Assembly (NCBI GenBank): GCA_028534125.1
Contig: CM052817.1
Location: 105,278,001 to 105,342,000 of the forward strand
Source: Lama glama
Taxonomy: Eukaryota
Direction: 5' to 3'
DNA: 64,000 nt
Part shown: piece after piece, positions 25,831 through 38,250 of the stretch
Layout: every line of letters begins with the position of its first letter
Position numbering within the stretch: position 1 is the stretch's first letter
Made by a program: the position numbers and the translations under genes
The notes under the pieces: generated by a model
What the model was told of the DNA's origin: nothing
Database searches by the model: none
Seen by the model: the letters and a program-made list of their open reading frames with translations, nothing else

Positions 25831-27873
25831 GATTTTAAGGGACATATAAACACCAGTAGGCTTAAAGTAAATCTGTGATAGTCATGAGAATATGGCAGAG
25901 CGTATCCCACAACTGCACTCGTTTGCTCAGATACACAGGACTTCCATTGCATCCCAGCATCTGGTGTAGGAATGAGCTGTTACATAGAAGCACTCTTGAA
26001 AACAAAATAAATATTCTTATTAATAACTTCTTAATATAGCTTCAATGTGATAATATCATTAATCTTGATTTAATACTAAATTAATAGATTATTTCTTTGC
26101 ATAATGTCAGTTTTGGAATTAACTGCCTTTTTCTATAGGATATTTAAATTGAATAGTGGCATATGTAAGATCATATTAAATTTGCATTTTTAGTAAGATT
26201 TAAATCTACTTACTATTTATTCATTTACTATTCGTTAATTTGCTATTTACTATTTATTATTCTTTGTCACTGAGTTTTTATATGAACATTAAGTGATCTA
26301 CAAACCCTTGAAATGTACATCTGAAATCTATCCAAAGATTTTATATTGTTATTACAAAATTTCCCTAGAGGTTGAATTACTTAGTAAAATCACTTGATTG
26401 TTCTTGAGATTAGAGATACCTATTGTCATATCATTTTCTTAAATGATTACATCAATAGATTTAGGCTAGTAATGTTTGAGATATTTGGCCATAGTGTTGT
26501 GTGTTATGACTTTCTTTTTTTTCAATGTTTTTCTTGATTTAATAGTGAAAATTGCACTTTCTAGATTTTTATTTACCTTTGCCTATGTGATGTTTTAATA
26601 GGTTTCTTAGAAGAAAGTCTTCTGTTGTAAATCATCCTGAATATTCTTTGACCATTAATCTAAGGGAAGGGAAGCTTGATTTTACAGAATCAAAGAAAAT
26701 TGGAGTCTATGGATTAATAATAATAATAGTAATAGTTTATTGAGCAATTGTTGTGTTTCAAGCACAATTCTAGACACCATATATTTTACTAAAGTTTTAG
26801 AAGAGCTTTTAAGGGCAAACAGAGCCCAAGATGTCTTGGGAGGCTAAAGGCCCAATATCTATTTGCGAAGAACCCTGTAGTTTTAGTGTCATATTTTGCT
26901 GATTTTTTTCAGTGTCTAAAGTCTTCAATAAAAATACACCAAGCTCAGCTTGTTTCTCTAGAAAGCACTTGAATTTCTCAAGTACCTAAGTATTTCTTCA
27001 GAGCAACTCATCTCTTGAATATCTAAGATTCTAAACAAAGATGTTTTATTCCAGTGCCATCCTGATCTTCAATTATTTTTTAATTAAGCAATTGTCAATT
27101 GTTAGTGAAAAAGCAAAAACACCATGAAGTAAAACTTTCCCTAATTTACCAGAAAAAAATCAAACATTTTATTAATGCAATTTTATCTCTTTGTTTTTCA
27201 TTCAAGTCCTCACTAAATAGTGGACAATCAGATCTATTTCTGGCATACTCCAAATAGCCTATCTTAAAAACAGATGATAAACTGAACATAATATTGAAAC
27301 TTACTTACAAATTAAATAAAATCACTAGGTGGCATTTTTATCAGAAACGAACATATTTTAAAAATCATCTTATGTTTCCAATAAAATTAAATATATGTAT
27401 ACTCATATTAATGTAGATAGAAATATACAGACAACATGGATCTATGCTGACTTTTCAGTGGTGGAATCTTTATTTTCATTGAATTCAATAATAAGAAAAC
27501 TAATATTAAGTCATTTTATTTTAATTGAAATTGAACTCAACCATGTGTGAGTCTCATTTCAATCACTCCCTATTTTCAGATTTTTGTGAACAATCCTGGC
27601 ATACATTCAGAGACATCCAGCCATTTAATTTCAGGGTGGTTGTTACTGCAATAACTTTTGAATACTAAAATTCCATTTATGGGCCTCATCGCTATGATTA
27701 TATGGTGAAGAATATAAACAGGAAGAGTTGATTTTGACTCTTCAGTATTTTTCTTCACACAAACTTGGATCGAGTGATGTCAAACACTGCTTTGTTGTTT
27801 GTTTTCCTTTTATATGTATATTCTTTGCAGGCTGAGCACTAAATGTGGCACTTCTCAAGAGTTTACCCCTTTG

Positions 27874-28256
27874 TAAAGACAGATATCATATCATATCACT
27901 TATATGTGGAATCACACACAAAAAGGGATACAAACGAATGTTTTTACAAAACAGAAACAGACTCACAGACATAGAAAACACACTTATGGTTACCAGTGGG
28001 GTGTGGAGTGAGAAGGGATAATTTGAGAGTTAGAGATTTGCAGATACACACTACTATATATAAAATAGATAAACAACAAGGACCTACCGTACAACACTGG
28101 GAACTATGTTCACTATCTTGTAATAACTTATAATGGAAAAGAATCTGAAAAAGAATATATCTATATGTATGTATGTGTAACTGAATCACTTTGTTGTACA
28201 CCTGAAACTAACACATCACTGCAAATCTACGATACTTTAGTAAAAAAAAAAAAAAA
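27874..28256 (+). mobile_element. L1 3' UTR with poly(A) tail, sense to the gene
   Basis: atatcacttatatgtggaatc...acagactcacagacatagaaaac...ttgtacacctgaaactaacac then an A run; TSD core TACCCCTTTG at 27864-27873 and 28260-28269. Confidence 0.92.
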
Positions 28257-29639
28257 GAATACCCCTTTGCAATCCTTATAGCACTTAAAAGTCATTTTAA
28301 TTTATACAAGCTGTATTCATTTATAAATTGATTTGGCAAATCACTCCTTTTGAAATGCAAGTTAATAATGCCTGACTCTGAAAAACAAACTATGGTAATA
28401 AATCACATGGACTTAAGAAGTTTCTTATCATTTTTTTGCGCTATACTGTACAATACTTTTACATGTTTAAGATGAACGCAATTAACTTTTGGGGAGTGAA
28501 CTACATAAGTGATAATTTATTATTGACAGTGAAAAGTCTAACTTTAATCCTGTTTAATATGACATAGGTAATATTCTATTTTTATAATATATGATGTATA
28601 TCTTCTAAAACTCTCATGTCAGTTAGAATTTTCATAGTTACAAATGTATACAACTACATTTTCAGTAGAGTATTATGTTGACATATTAAAAGTTGAAGAT
28701 CCACTAGAATCATGTATATACTCAATAAAATGGTTGTAAATGCAATAAAACTCCAAATTCTAGACATAACAGAATTTAAGGTGACACAATAATTTTCACA
28801 CTAAAAAAAATATCAGTAATGCCTTTGATCTCACATTAATTTGAATTGTACTCGAGGATTTTTGTAATGATGGACTAGTTGTGGGTGTCAGAGGGAAGGT
28901 CTGATCACCCAGTAGGGAATAATATAATTTGCTTAGAAACTTATCTAATATGGGAAGGCTCTGATAGCTTCATTGTTTAAATATCTATTTATTACTTTTA
29001 GATATCAAACTTCATTGAATATTCACCAATGAGCTGCCAGATTCCGGGTAACTCAGATTGTGATTTAGGTGATTAAGATGCATCAGCCATTCAGATATAA
29101 ATACCTGTTATTTACTTAAGCAATCTATATAGTTAGAACATTAGTTTTGTAGATGCAAGTGAATAAGCAAGCTAAGGAAATGATACAAACAATAAAAATG
29201 CTTCTAGAAAGCATCTTCAGAGAAAGAAAAGTGAATTGATCCCAAGTAGAATTCCAACTTAAATTGTGTACAAAACTGACTCCAATGTGGACTTATCACT
29301 CTATTTTGTATTTTCTCACAATAATAGACTGAATATATGATTCTGTACAAAAAAAAATCTTAAAGCTTTTATTATAGGATACACTTGGGGAAACCAAGCA
29401 TCAAAGGATGGTTGTAGATTGAAAATCCAATTTTTGCCTGTTGTGAAAACAGCTTCTGGTGAAATGTTTCTTGATGTTGGACTTGATTGGCATTATTTGA
29501 AAAGAAACATTTCTATGGTAAGTTAGAGAGACTGACTTAAAAATAAGTAGATACATTTAGAAACGAATTCCCGGATAAGAATATTTACAAAATTTTGAAA
29601 AAATAGAAGTTAGAAAACAAGCAAGAACACAACTAAGAA

Positions 29640-29905
29640 GAGCCTAAAGAAACCTGATGACTAAACGTCATGTGATGTCTTCAGTGAGATCTCGGGAAAG
29701 AAAAAGGACATTACGTTAAATCTGAGAACTCAGAATAAAGTATGGACTTTAGTTGGTAATAATGTATTGGTATTGGTTCATTAATTGTGACAAATATATC
29801 ACACTAATAAGATGTTTCTAGTAAGAGATACTAGGAGTTGAGTTATGATCTAGTATGCAAAATATGTACTATCTTTTCTGTAAATCTAAGTCTTGTGAAA
29901 ACTAT
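29640..29905 (+). mobile_element. Old L1M (L1MC/MD-like) 3' end
   Basis: gaaaaaggacatta...ataaagtatggactttagtt...ttaattgtgacaaat...ttttctgtaaatctaa. Confidence 0.65.
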
Positions 29906-29918
29906 AAAAATCTTTTAA

Positions 29919-30025
29919 GGGGGAGGGTAGAGGTCCGTGGTAGAGCACATGCTTAGCAAACACAAGGTCTTGGGTTCAATCCCCAGTACCTCCATTAAAA
30001 TTAATAAAATTAAAAAAATTTTTTT
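29919..30025 (+). mobile_element. Camelid tRNA-derived SINE
   Basis: gggggagggtag...gtggtagagcacatgcttagc...ggttcaatccccagtacctcc with A-rich tail; perfect 11-bp TSD AAATCTTTTAA at 29908-29918 and 30026-30036. Confidence 0.9.
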
Positions 30026-30789
30026 AAATCTTTTAAAATGAGGTAGACAAAGAAAAGCATGACAAGGAGACTAGTTAGACTACAAATATAGTGATTCATT
30101 TCTTTGGCTAATCAGTAATTTTATGCTGTACAGAAAATCATAAAGTTGAATATGTTTTAATACTCTTCTGTGTAAGGAGTGTAGAAATTATGACAGAAGG
30201 TCATTATTAAAGATTTGATCCTAGGAATGGAATTCTGTATTTGATCCTGCCATTAGGATAGGTTCATCCCAAAGCTTCACAAGTATTTCAGTTACAGAAG
30301 AAGAAGTATTCTTTATCTAGATAATAGACGAATATATAAATGATATTTAGATAATAGAGTTATAGACATTGATGTTATTAGTTATATAGACATGCCCATC
30401 CAAGTGTTAGAAAGAAAATAACATTTTCGTGCTTAATTGGTGAATGTCTATGTTCCAGAAATTCATTATTATTTCCTTCCTTATCATTCTATATGAATAA
30501 GAAATTATTACAGATATATCTTAGTAAATAAAAACATCAAATTTTTAACTACTAAAACACAACTGTGAAATACTTGTAGTCTATTTATCTGTCCCAGAGT
30601 TAAAATATAGCATAAAGTGCTCTTCAAGATATATTCATAGACATTTCATGCAAAAATATTCTACTTAAAAAAAATCACTTTTTCAAAAAGTTGAGGATAT
30701 TCAATACAGCCTTGGAGAATCATAATGCCCATTTGGGTATTATCAACTCTACGATATAAAAGGTTCTGAATCGTGGTAGAAATGATGAC

Positions 30790-31016
30790 TTCTCACCAGT
30801 TCTTTACTCCTAATCACAAGGCCACATCCTCTCACCGTGAGGTGTGGCCACATGACTTGTTTGGCCAATGAAAGCAGAGTAGACACAGCAGGGTCTCTCC
30901 CCTCTGGGAACATTGAAGGGCAGGTCCCTACTTCTCTCTATTTTCTTTCCCTCTGTGGCATATCTTGATGCCCGTGTTGAGATAACAGTGTCATAAGACG
31001 GAGTCCTCTCCATCAG
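30790..31016 (+). mobile_element. MaLR LTR fragment (MLT1I/J-like)
   Basis: gaggtgtggccacatgacttgtttggccaatgaaa block, shared in style with 54427-54775. Confidence 0.55.
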
Positions 31017-31079
31017 TTCATTTTTTTTTTTAACTCTAGAAGACTTTTTCCTGCCAACTATCAAAGGATATATAGTGAA

Positions 31080-31200
31080 ATCCTAGTGAAAAAGAATATG
31101 AAAACGTATGTATGTATGTATGTATATGTGTGACTGAAACATTATGGTGTACACCAGAAATTGATGCAACATTGTAAACTGACTCTTATTTCAACAGAAA
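31080..31200 (+). mobile_element. Short L1 3' terminal fragment
   Basis: gaaaaagaatatgaaaac...gactgaaacattatggtgtacaccagaaattgatgcaacattgtaaactgact. Confidence 0.8.
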
Positions 31201-32655
31201 AGGAGAAACTACAATCTTGACTGACTATACACTGTATAAAAACCTCTCTAAACTTGCATTTTTATAGACCTTTTGAAAAGAAAGGTTTATTTATATCATA
31301 ACCACTAGTGACATTCCATAGGCATTTTGCCCTAAATGTTTCTAAATAGACATTTTTATTTTTACTTCTTAAACCCCATGAAAAAGTTGAGATAGTTATA
31401 AAATTTCACTTTCGTTATTTGTCAAAAAATAAATTCTCATATTTTATAAGTTTCTAACTATCTTTATATATAAATGCACATGCTTGTATGAATTATGTGT
31501 GTATGTGTACTGATAGTGGATGTGTGCTTATTCCAAATGCTATCGTATTATATAGAAACTTACAACTTTAAACATTTTTTGGAGATTCTCACTTCATAAT
31601 TTACAACCTATAACAATAATTTTGTGTGAATATCTACTGTTTAGAAGAAGCTTCACATTTCTAAAATACACACCTTTATAAGCATTTGATAAGAAAATTC
31701 CAAAACAAAAACACAGGGTTTTGAAAATATTCATTTAACACACTGGATCACCATATGACATGCATTTCTGATTTTAGTTAATTCTTTTTGCTTTTCTGTA
31801 CTGGTAATTTGATGAAATATGCATTCACTTTTTTCTTTCTTTGATCATTATATTTTTCTATTCACATTTTCAAGACGATCGTGATGTTCTGTGATATATA
31901 CAACCTCATCACGAAGATTTGGTGTCATCCTCCGGAGCTGACAAAGTTATTTAAAAATTTAAGTTGAATTTGATTCCATACTAATCACAGACTCTAAGTG
32001 ATTGTATGCAACATAGCATATATGACATGTTTGATGGTAATGAATGGAATACAGCTCAAATAGTCACCTAGAAATAACTTCCCATTTGGAATAGCCTTGT
32101 GGGAGAAAAGTTCAAATTAAATCCTCACAGTGCATTAAAATGCAAATATAAGAAGGCAATCCAATTGAGTTACATCGATAATAGAACATATAACACAAAT
32201 GGAAATTTCTCCCCAATAATTAAGTTATAGTTGTATAAATCAGTGATGTGTGCATTTGGATTTTGTTCTTTCTGTGCATGCTTGAAAGTTCATTAACTTT
32301 GGATCACATTAGAGAACGTTTTGTTTATCTCCCACAGACCAGTTGCCAGACACGTCCTTTTCCCCAGTGAGCCCTATGAAGGCCCTTCCTTGCTCTTCCT
32401 GGCTTTCCCAATGTGGTTAACTAAAGCTTTCAACTCCGTTGGCAGGTTTTGTTTCAGACAGAATGATGGAAGCTCTGTAATTGGGGTGTCACCCTGGGAA
32501 TGTCACCGTCTTGGATTTTCTCGGTAGATAATTTGGACTCTAAAATATGCACTATCATGAGAACAGTAATGTTCACACTCCAACTGTGTAATCTTGAAAG
32601 AAAACAAAGAGCTTTAGAGAAAATTCTGCTTAGAAACTCTATAAAAGCATGCTTC

Positions 32656-32685
32656 TGTGTATGTGTGTGTGTGTGTGTGTGTGTG
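32656..32685. repeat. (TG)n microsatellite
   Basis: Seen directly. Confidence 0.95.
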
Positions 32686-33474
32686 CGTTTAAAGTCAGAT
32701 GTAATGCCACTTTAGCTGTTGAGATTTGAGATTGTCTAAGCCTTAGTCTCTTGAAGTGTGATTATCCAGGTATCCAAACTAGTGCTACTGACAACAATTA
32801 TGGAAGTCAAGTAACACTTGCACTAAAAACAGGAAATATAAGAAGAAAATAATATGATTTCAACATTTAAATTAGTAATGATGCCAATTACATGTCCAAT
32901 TAGTAAGGAGCATTAACGATTATGTTGACCATTAAACATGTGTAAGATTGTCTTTGGTACAAATTCTGATCTTGAAAAAACGATCATCCACTCTCAGATT
33001 TAAATTCTATAAGGACACTTGGCAGTGAGAATGTGAATTCGTAAGTAACATTTTAAAGTAAGATAACTTGGGCTAAATCTAATTTAATTTAAATTTAGCA
33101 AGCATATGCAAATGCCTTAATACAGATCAAGCTACAGTGAATAACTTTTAAAAGTCATTTTTTGGACATTGTAGTTTAGTATCTATACTAGAAACAAAAT
33201 GACCTAATTTAATATAAACTTCAGTTGCTACGAAAAGAAGCGTAGGTATTGTTTGAGTTAATATTTCTAATGTTATCTATCATCGGATTATCAGTGGGTT
33301 TTTTCCTCAGCAAAACATACTCTATTTTACCCTATATTATATACAGTATATTAGCTAAACTCCCTGCATTAGTTTGCTAAACAGCTATTGATGTTACCTT
33401 TGAGACTTTCAATGATGCTAGCAATCAGAGAAACAGTTCAGGGATGGATGGGTTGATTTTCTCATTAACAAACT

Positions 33475-34180
33475 GGAATACTAATAGCTGTCATTGTCTG
33501 AGCGACTAATGTGTGTAAGCGAATTGTCAGGTGTCGTTTAACTCACACAGCAGTCTCGTAAGAAACAATGATTGCCCAGGTGAAAGCTGAATGTGAGTCG
33601 AAATAATTTGACTAAAGTCACTTTGCTAACAGTTGACAGAAATCACAGTGAATGTCATGCAGGTATTCGTGCCTGACGGAGCATCCTTGTTCTCTCATCT
33701 TCTTTAAAAAGATTTTGGAAAAATCAATGATTGTATCACCTCTTCCTTTAGCTACTCAAGGACTCAGCTCCAAGGATTCTCGCCCCTCTTTCCACCCCAT
33801 CCATGGGTTCGGCTCTGCCGGGCCATTTTCATCAGCAGAAAAGAATGTTGTCATTTTCCCATCTTTAAACCCAACGAACAAGCAAAACTCTTTGAACCAC
33901 AATTATCCTTCAGCTGTCACTCCATTTCTCTCTTTTGTTTTGTTCAAAATTCCTCGAAAAGTCATCTCTACCCACTTTCTCAAATTTCTGTCTTCAAATC
34001 CATCCTCACCAGAACTGGCCTTACGGGCCCCCGAGATCTGCACTGAGGTCAGATGCCCTGTGGTTACTGCAGACATTGCTCAGCCTTCAGGTCGCACTTT
34101 CCTTGAACTACTAGACAGTTTGCTCCCTTCTGTCACTGCAGATGTCATCGCTCTCTCTTTCTTTCTTTCTAATTTTCACT
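33475..34180. mobile_element. MIR (~33475-33690) followed by an L2 internal fragment (~33790-34180)
   Basis: MIR-like taatagct...tttaactcacacagcagtctcgtaag...aataatttgactaaagtcac; then pyrimidine-rich L2-like body. Confidence 0.5.
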
Positions 34181-34187
34181 TTTTATA

Positions 34188-34598
34188 ATTTTAAAAAATT
34201 TTATTTTTTATTGAAGTATAGTCAATTACAGTGTGTGAATTTCTGATGTACAGCATGACGCTCGGTCATATATATACATACATATATTTGTTTTCATAGT
34301 CTTTTTCATTATAGGTTACTACAAGATATTGAGTAAAGTGTCCTGTGCTGCACAGAAGAAACTTGCTTTTTTATCTATTTTATATATAGTAGTTGATATT
34401 TGCAAATCTTGAACTCTCAATTTACCCCTTCCCACCCCCTTTACCTCTAGTAAAGCTCTTTTTTTTTTTTAGATTCCACTTACAAGTGATATCATATGGT
34501 ATTTTTGTTTCTCTGTCTGGCTTCTTCACCTAGAATGATGATCTCCAGGTCCATCCATGTTGTGGCAAATGACATTATTTTATTCTTTTTTCTGGCTG
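34188..34598 (-). mobile_element. L1 3' UTR fragment
   Basis: ttttttattgaagtatagtc...tagattccacttacaagtgatatcatatggtattt...tccaggtccatccatgttgtggcaaatg. Confidence 0.92.
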
Positions 34599-34659
34599 AC
34601 ATTCTCTTCACTTGTCAATCTCCCCACCTGGTTCTTCCTGTGGCATCTCTTCAAAGTCT

Positions 34660-35700
34660 TGGCTCTTTTTCCTTTCATATGCAATTTAAAATCAGTTTAT
34701 CAGGTTCTGTAAAGAACCGCATTGGGGTGTAGATTGGACCCGCACTGATTCTTTTGCTCACTTTGAGGAATATTGATATATTTATGATAGAGAAGTCTCT
34801 CCAAGATATAGCCAATGTCACCATTCATTTAATATTGTTTAATCTTTTCACTAAAATATTTTAATTCATTCCATAAAGAGCTTTTATGTTTATTTATTGA
34901 CACTCTAAATGTTAATTTTTTTAATATATTTTCCAACCGAATGTTGCAGCCTAGAGACTTGCAGTTGTGTGCTGCATGCCGAATTTCCTTTGGGTTCAGC
35001 CACCCTTGTTTATTCTAATAACAAAAAAGCATTTGGAGCTTTTTATATAGAAAATCACAGCATTAAATATAAACAGAGTTTTGCTCAACTCTCCAATCCT
35101 AGATTAGATTTTATTTCATTTTTTCTTTTTTAACTACACTGACTAAGGCTCCAGAACAATCCTAAATAGAACTGATAATGGGAACCTTTTTTTGTTGTTG
35201 TTGCTGGTTTATTAATAATTATTTTAATTAGTATGATGTTTTAATATTTTTTCTTTTCTTTTTTTTTAAATAGATGTCCTTTTTTAGGTTAGGTAGTTCC
35301 CTTCTATTCTGAGTTTGCTAAGTGTTTTTATCAAACATTATCTTAAATTTAATTAACAGAATCATATCTGCACATATTAAGATGAGCTCCAGTATGTCAC
35401 TGTCCTTTAATTGGTAAATTGGGTAAATTACAATAAATACTAATCAAATTAATTAACTCATTTAATTACTTAATTGGAGTTTCTGTAACTCTGAAATAGT
35501 CTTTCTGTCACACTGTGCTTTCTCAGAAACCTGTTTCATATTCGGATTAGAGCTGGATTGTCGACCTGCATACATCACTTTGTACATTTACGAGAGAGAG
35601 GCTTATATTCCACTTATTTATGTCTATCTAGTCCGAGTGTGTGTTCATATGTATATAGAAAGTCTCCAAATTCTAAATAGTGGACTTCCGTAGGCTGTGA
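34660..35700 (-). mobile_element. Ancient degraded L1 ORF2 fragments
   Basis: ttcatatgcaatttaaaatcagtttatca and ttcccttctattctgagtttgctaagtgttttt resemble antisense L1 ORF2. Confidence 0.6.
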
Positions 35701-35873
35701 CCTAGACCATGTCTACAGAGTTTTTGTTTTTGTGAACAACTAAATATGCACGTTGAAAATTTGGGGGCACGTACTGTAATTACTCATCATGCAGAAAATA
35801 TTCACCAGCATTTATTTATTTTCTCTGGCAGAATTATGATGATAACTATTGATTTATAGCGAACATAGCAAAA

Positions 35874-36373
35874 NNNNNNNNNNNNNNNNNNNNNNNNNNN
35901 NNNNNNNNNNNNNNNNNNNNNNNNNNNNNNNNNNNNNNNNNNNNNNNNNNNNNNNNNNNNNNNNNNNNNNNNNNNNNNNNNNNNNNNNNNNNNNNNNNNN
36001 NNNNNNNNNNNNNNNNNNNNNNNNNNNNNNNNNNNNNNNNNNNNNNNNNNNNNNNNNNNNNNNNNNNNNNNNNNNNNNNNNNNNNNNNNNNNNNNNNNNN
36101 NNNNNNNNNNNNNNNNNNNNNNNNNNNNNNNNNNNNNNNNNNNNNNNNNNNNNNNNNNNNNNNNNNNNNNNNNNNNNNNNNNNNNNNNNNNNNNNNNNNN
36201 NNNNNNNNNNNNNNNNNNNNNNNNNNNNNNNNNNNNNNNNNNNNNNNNNNNNNNNNNNNNNNNNNNNNNNNNNNNNNNNNNNNNNNNNNNNNNNNNNNNN
36301 NNNNNNNNNNNNNNNNNNNNNNNNNNNNNNNNNNNNNNNNNNNNNNNNNNNNNNNNNNNNNNNNNNNNNNNNN
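35874..36373. other. Assembly gap of exactly 500 N
   Basis: Seen directly. Confidence 0.99.
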
Positions 36374-36499
36374 TGCGGTGCTTTGAGCAGAGGCAGGAGT
36401 CCAGAGCTGCAAATGTGGGACCGGGGCCACCAATGCTACAAGTAAATAAGCAAAGATGGCGTTGAAGATGATTATGTTCTAGAAGAAATTTTTTTAGCC

Positions 36500-38250
36500 T
36501 GAAAATTTTATAAATTAATATATTTAAGATCATCAAGTAAGTAAAAGAATGCATAATGTGCAGCAATAAGAAGGCATTATGAAATGAAGTCAGAATAAAT
36601 CAAAGACAAAATAAGCTGATATTTTTAAAAGAGAAAACAATTTGAAAGCTTGACAAAACAAATAGACCATTAAAGTAACAGTTAAATGGAAAGACATTAG
36701 ACTATACACAAAAAGAAAAATAAATGATAAATCGCAAAGTACTATTGAGAAATTCGCCAAGAGGAAATTGCTGAAAAAAAAAAAAACGGAAGAAAACAAT
36801 TAACAAGGAGAATATTAAAAGCTACCAAGGACGAACGCATTGCCTCTAGAGAGTGACAAATAGATTAACAGATGACTTGTCATCAAAGCAGTATATGCCA
36901 CAGACATTTGAAAGTGCTGGAGAGGCAACACTACCAACCTAGAATGACTAGCCTCTCTAAAATATGATCTAATAGTAAGAGCAAGACAAAGATATTTTAA
37001 GACACAAAACACAAAAATGCCACAGACACTTGAAAGTGCTGGAGAGGCAACACTACCAACCTAGAATGACTAGCCTCTCTAAAATATGATCTAATAGTAA
37101 GAGCAAGACAAAGATATTTTAAGACACAAAATTTGCTTCTTCTTGACCCACACTGAAAAATTATAGAAAAGTTTACTTCATGCAAGTAAACCACTAGAAA
37201 TGTGTGATGTGCAAGAAAAAAATGAAAAAAACAGAAGTTAGATATCACTTTTGACTTTAAATATAATAATCTATTGTCTTTTAAAAGTAAAGCAATTATT
37301 CTTGTTAATTTCATATAAGATCAAAATATTTAAAGCTTAAGATTTTTTCTTGTTCAGAAGAAAGATCATCTATTGAATACTTTGGACAATAGAAACTCCT
37401 CTTCAGCTTCTAAGTGAGAAAAAGAGAATGTTTTCAAAGTGTATCAATCCAACAGAATGTAGGAGAGGAAACTAAAGAATCAAAGATAGACAGTGGTCAA
37501 AAAACAACACACGTGCAAAAAAAAAAAATTTCAGAAATCCGTTAAAATATGTCTGCAGTCTTAATACACGTAAAAAATGTATATTCACCTATTAAAGACA
37601 GCTTTCCACAAGGGTTTAAAAAATTTCATGTGCTGCTTAGATAGTAAACCACTACAGTAAATTGTTCTGAAGAATTAAAAATAAATGGAAATCAAACATG
37701 CATGGCAACACATTCTGCTAAAGACCTTCATGTGCTCATTCTGAAATGGATATAGAAGGAGAAAAGACCAAGGGTTTTCCTTACTGAATAGCAAGAATTC
37801 TTATCAAACCCCAGTCATTACAATCTGTGACACCTGCCTAGGAATAGATAAGTTAATGGAACCAAATAGAGAATTAAAAAAACCTAATCACAGATGCACC
37901 AAACCTAGTATTTAACCAGGACAGAATTATAAAGCAGATAAACTTTTTTTCAGAAATTGTAAATAGAATAAAATTAAAATGCAAGTAAAATGAAATAAAA
38001 TAAAAATAAAATAAAATCTTGTCCTCAAGCCACACCTCAAATAAATTCCAGACCAAATAAAAAACTAAAGTGAAAAAAACTTTAGCTGAAAATATATAAT
38101 ATTTTTGTGAAAAGGAGGATTTTTTTTTCTTAAAAGTTTTGGCTTTATCCCAATCCATTAAATAGTTGGATGAATTGTATACATTAAATTTAAAATTATA
38201 TACATTATATTTAAAAGTAAAAACTAGAGACTATAGTCAGAAATTTATTA
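36500..38250 (+). mobile_element. Ancient degraded L1 (ORF1 end and ORF2 pieces), sense to the gene
   Basis: A-rich; caacctagaat...aaagatattttaagacacaaaa resembles the ORF1 C-terminal coding region; ggaatagataagttaatggaaccaaatagaga resembles ORF2. Confidence 0.6.
36895..37131. repeat. Tandem duplication of 115 bp
   Basis: 36895-37009 and 37017-37131 differ at one base by eye; separated by cacaaaa. Confidence 0.95.

Noticed and set aside
31879..31941. Possible C/D snoRNA or hairpin (GTGATGT...CTGA; 8-bp inverted repeat tcgtgatg / catcacga)
   Set aside because: Imperfect C box, no terminal stem and no recognisable guide sequence
33652..34188. 178-aa ORF with an ATG start
   Set aside because: It spans MIR- and L2-like sequence and shows no recognisable domain or exon boundaries
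35802..36566. ORFs of 195-254 aa
   Set aside because: Artefacts of translating through the N gap
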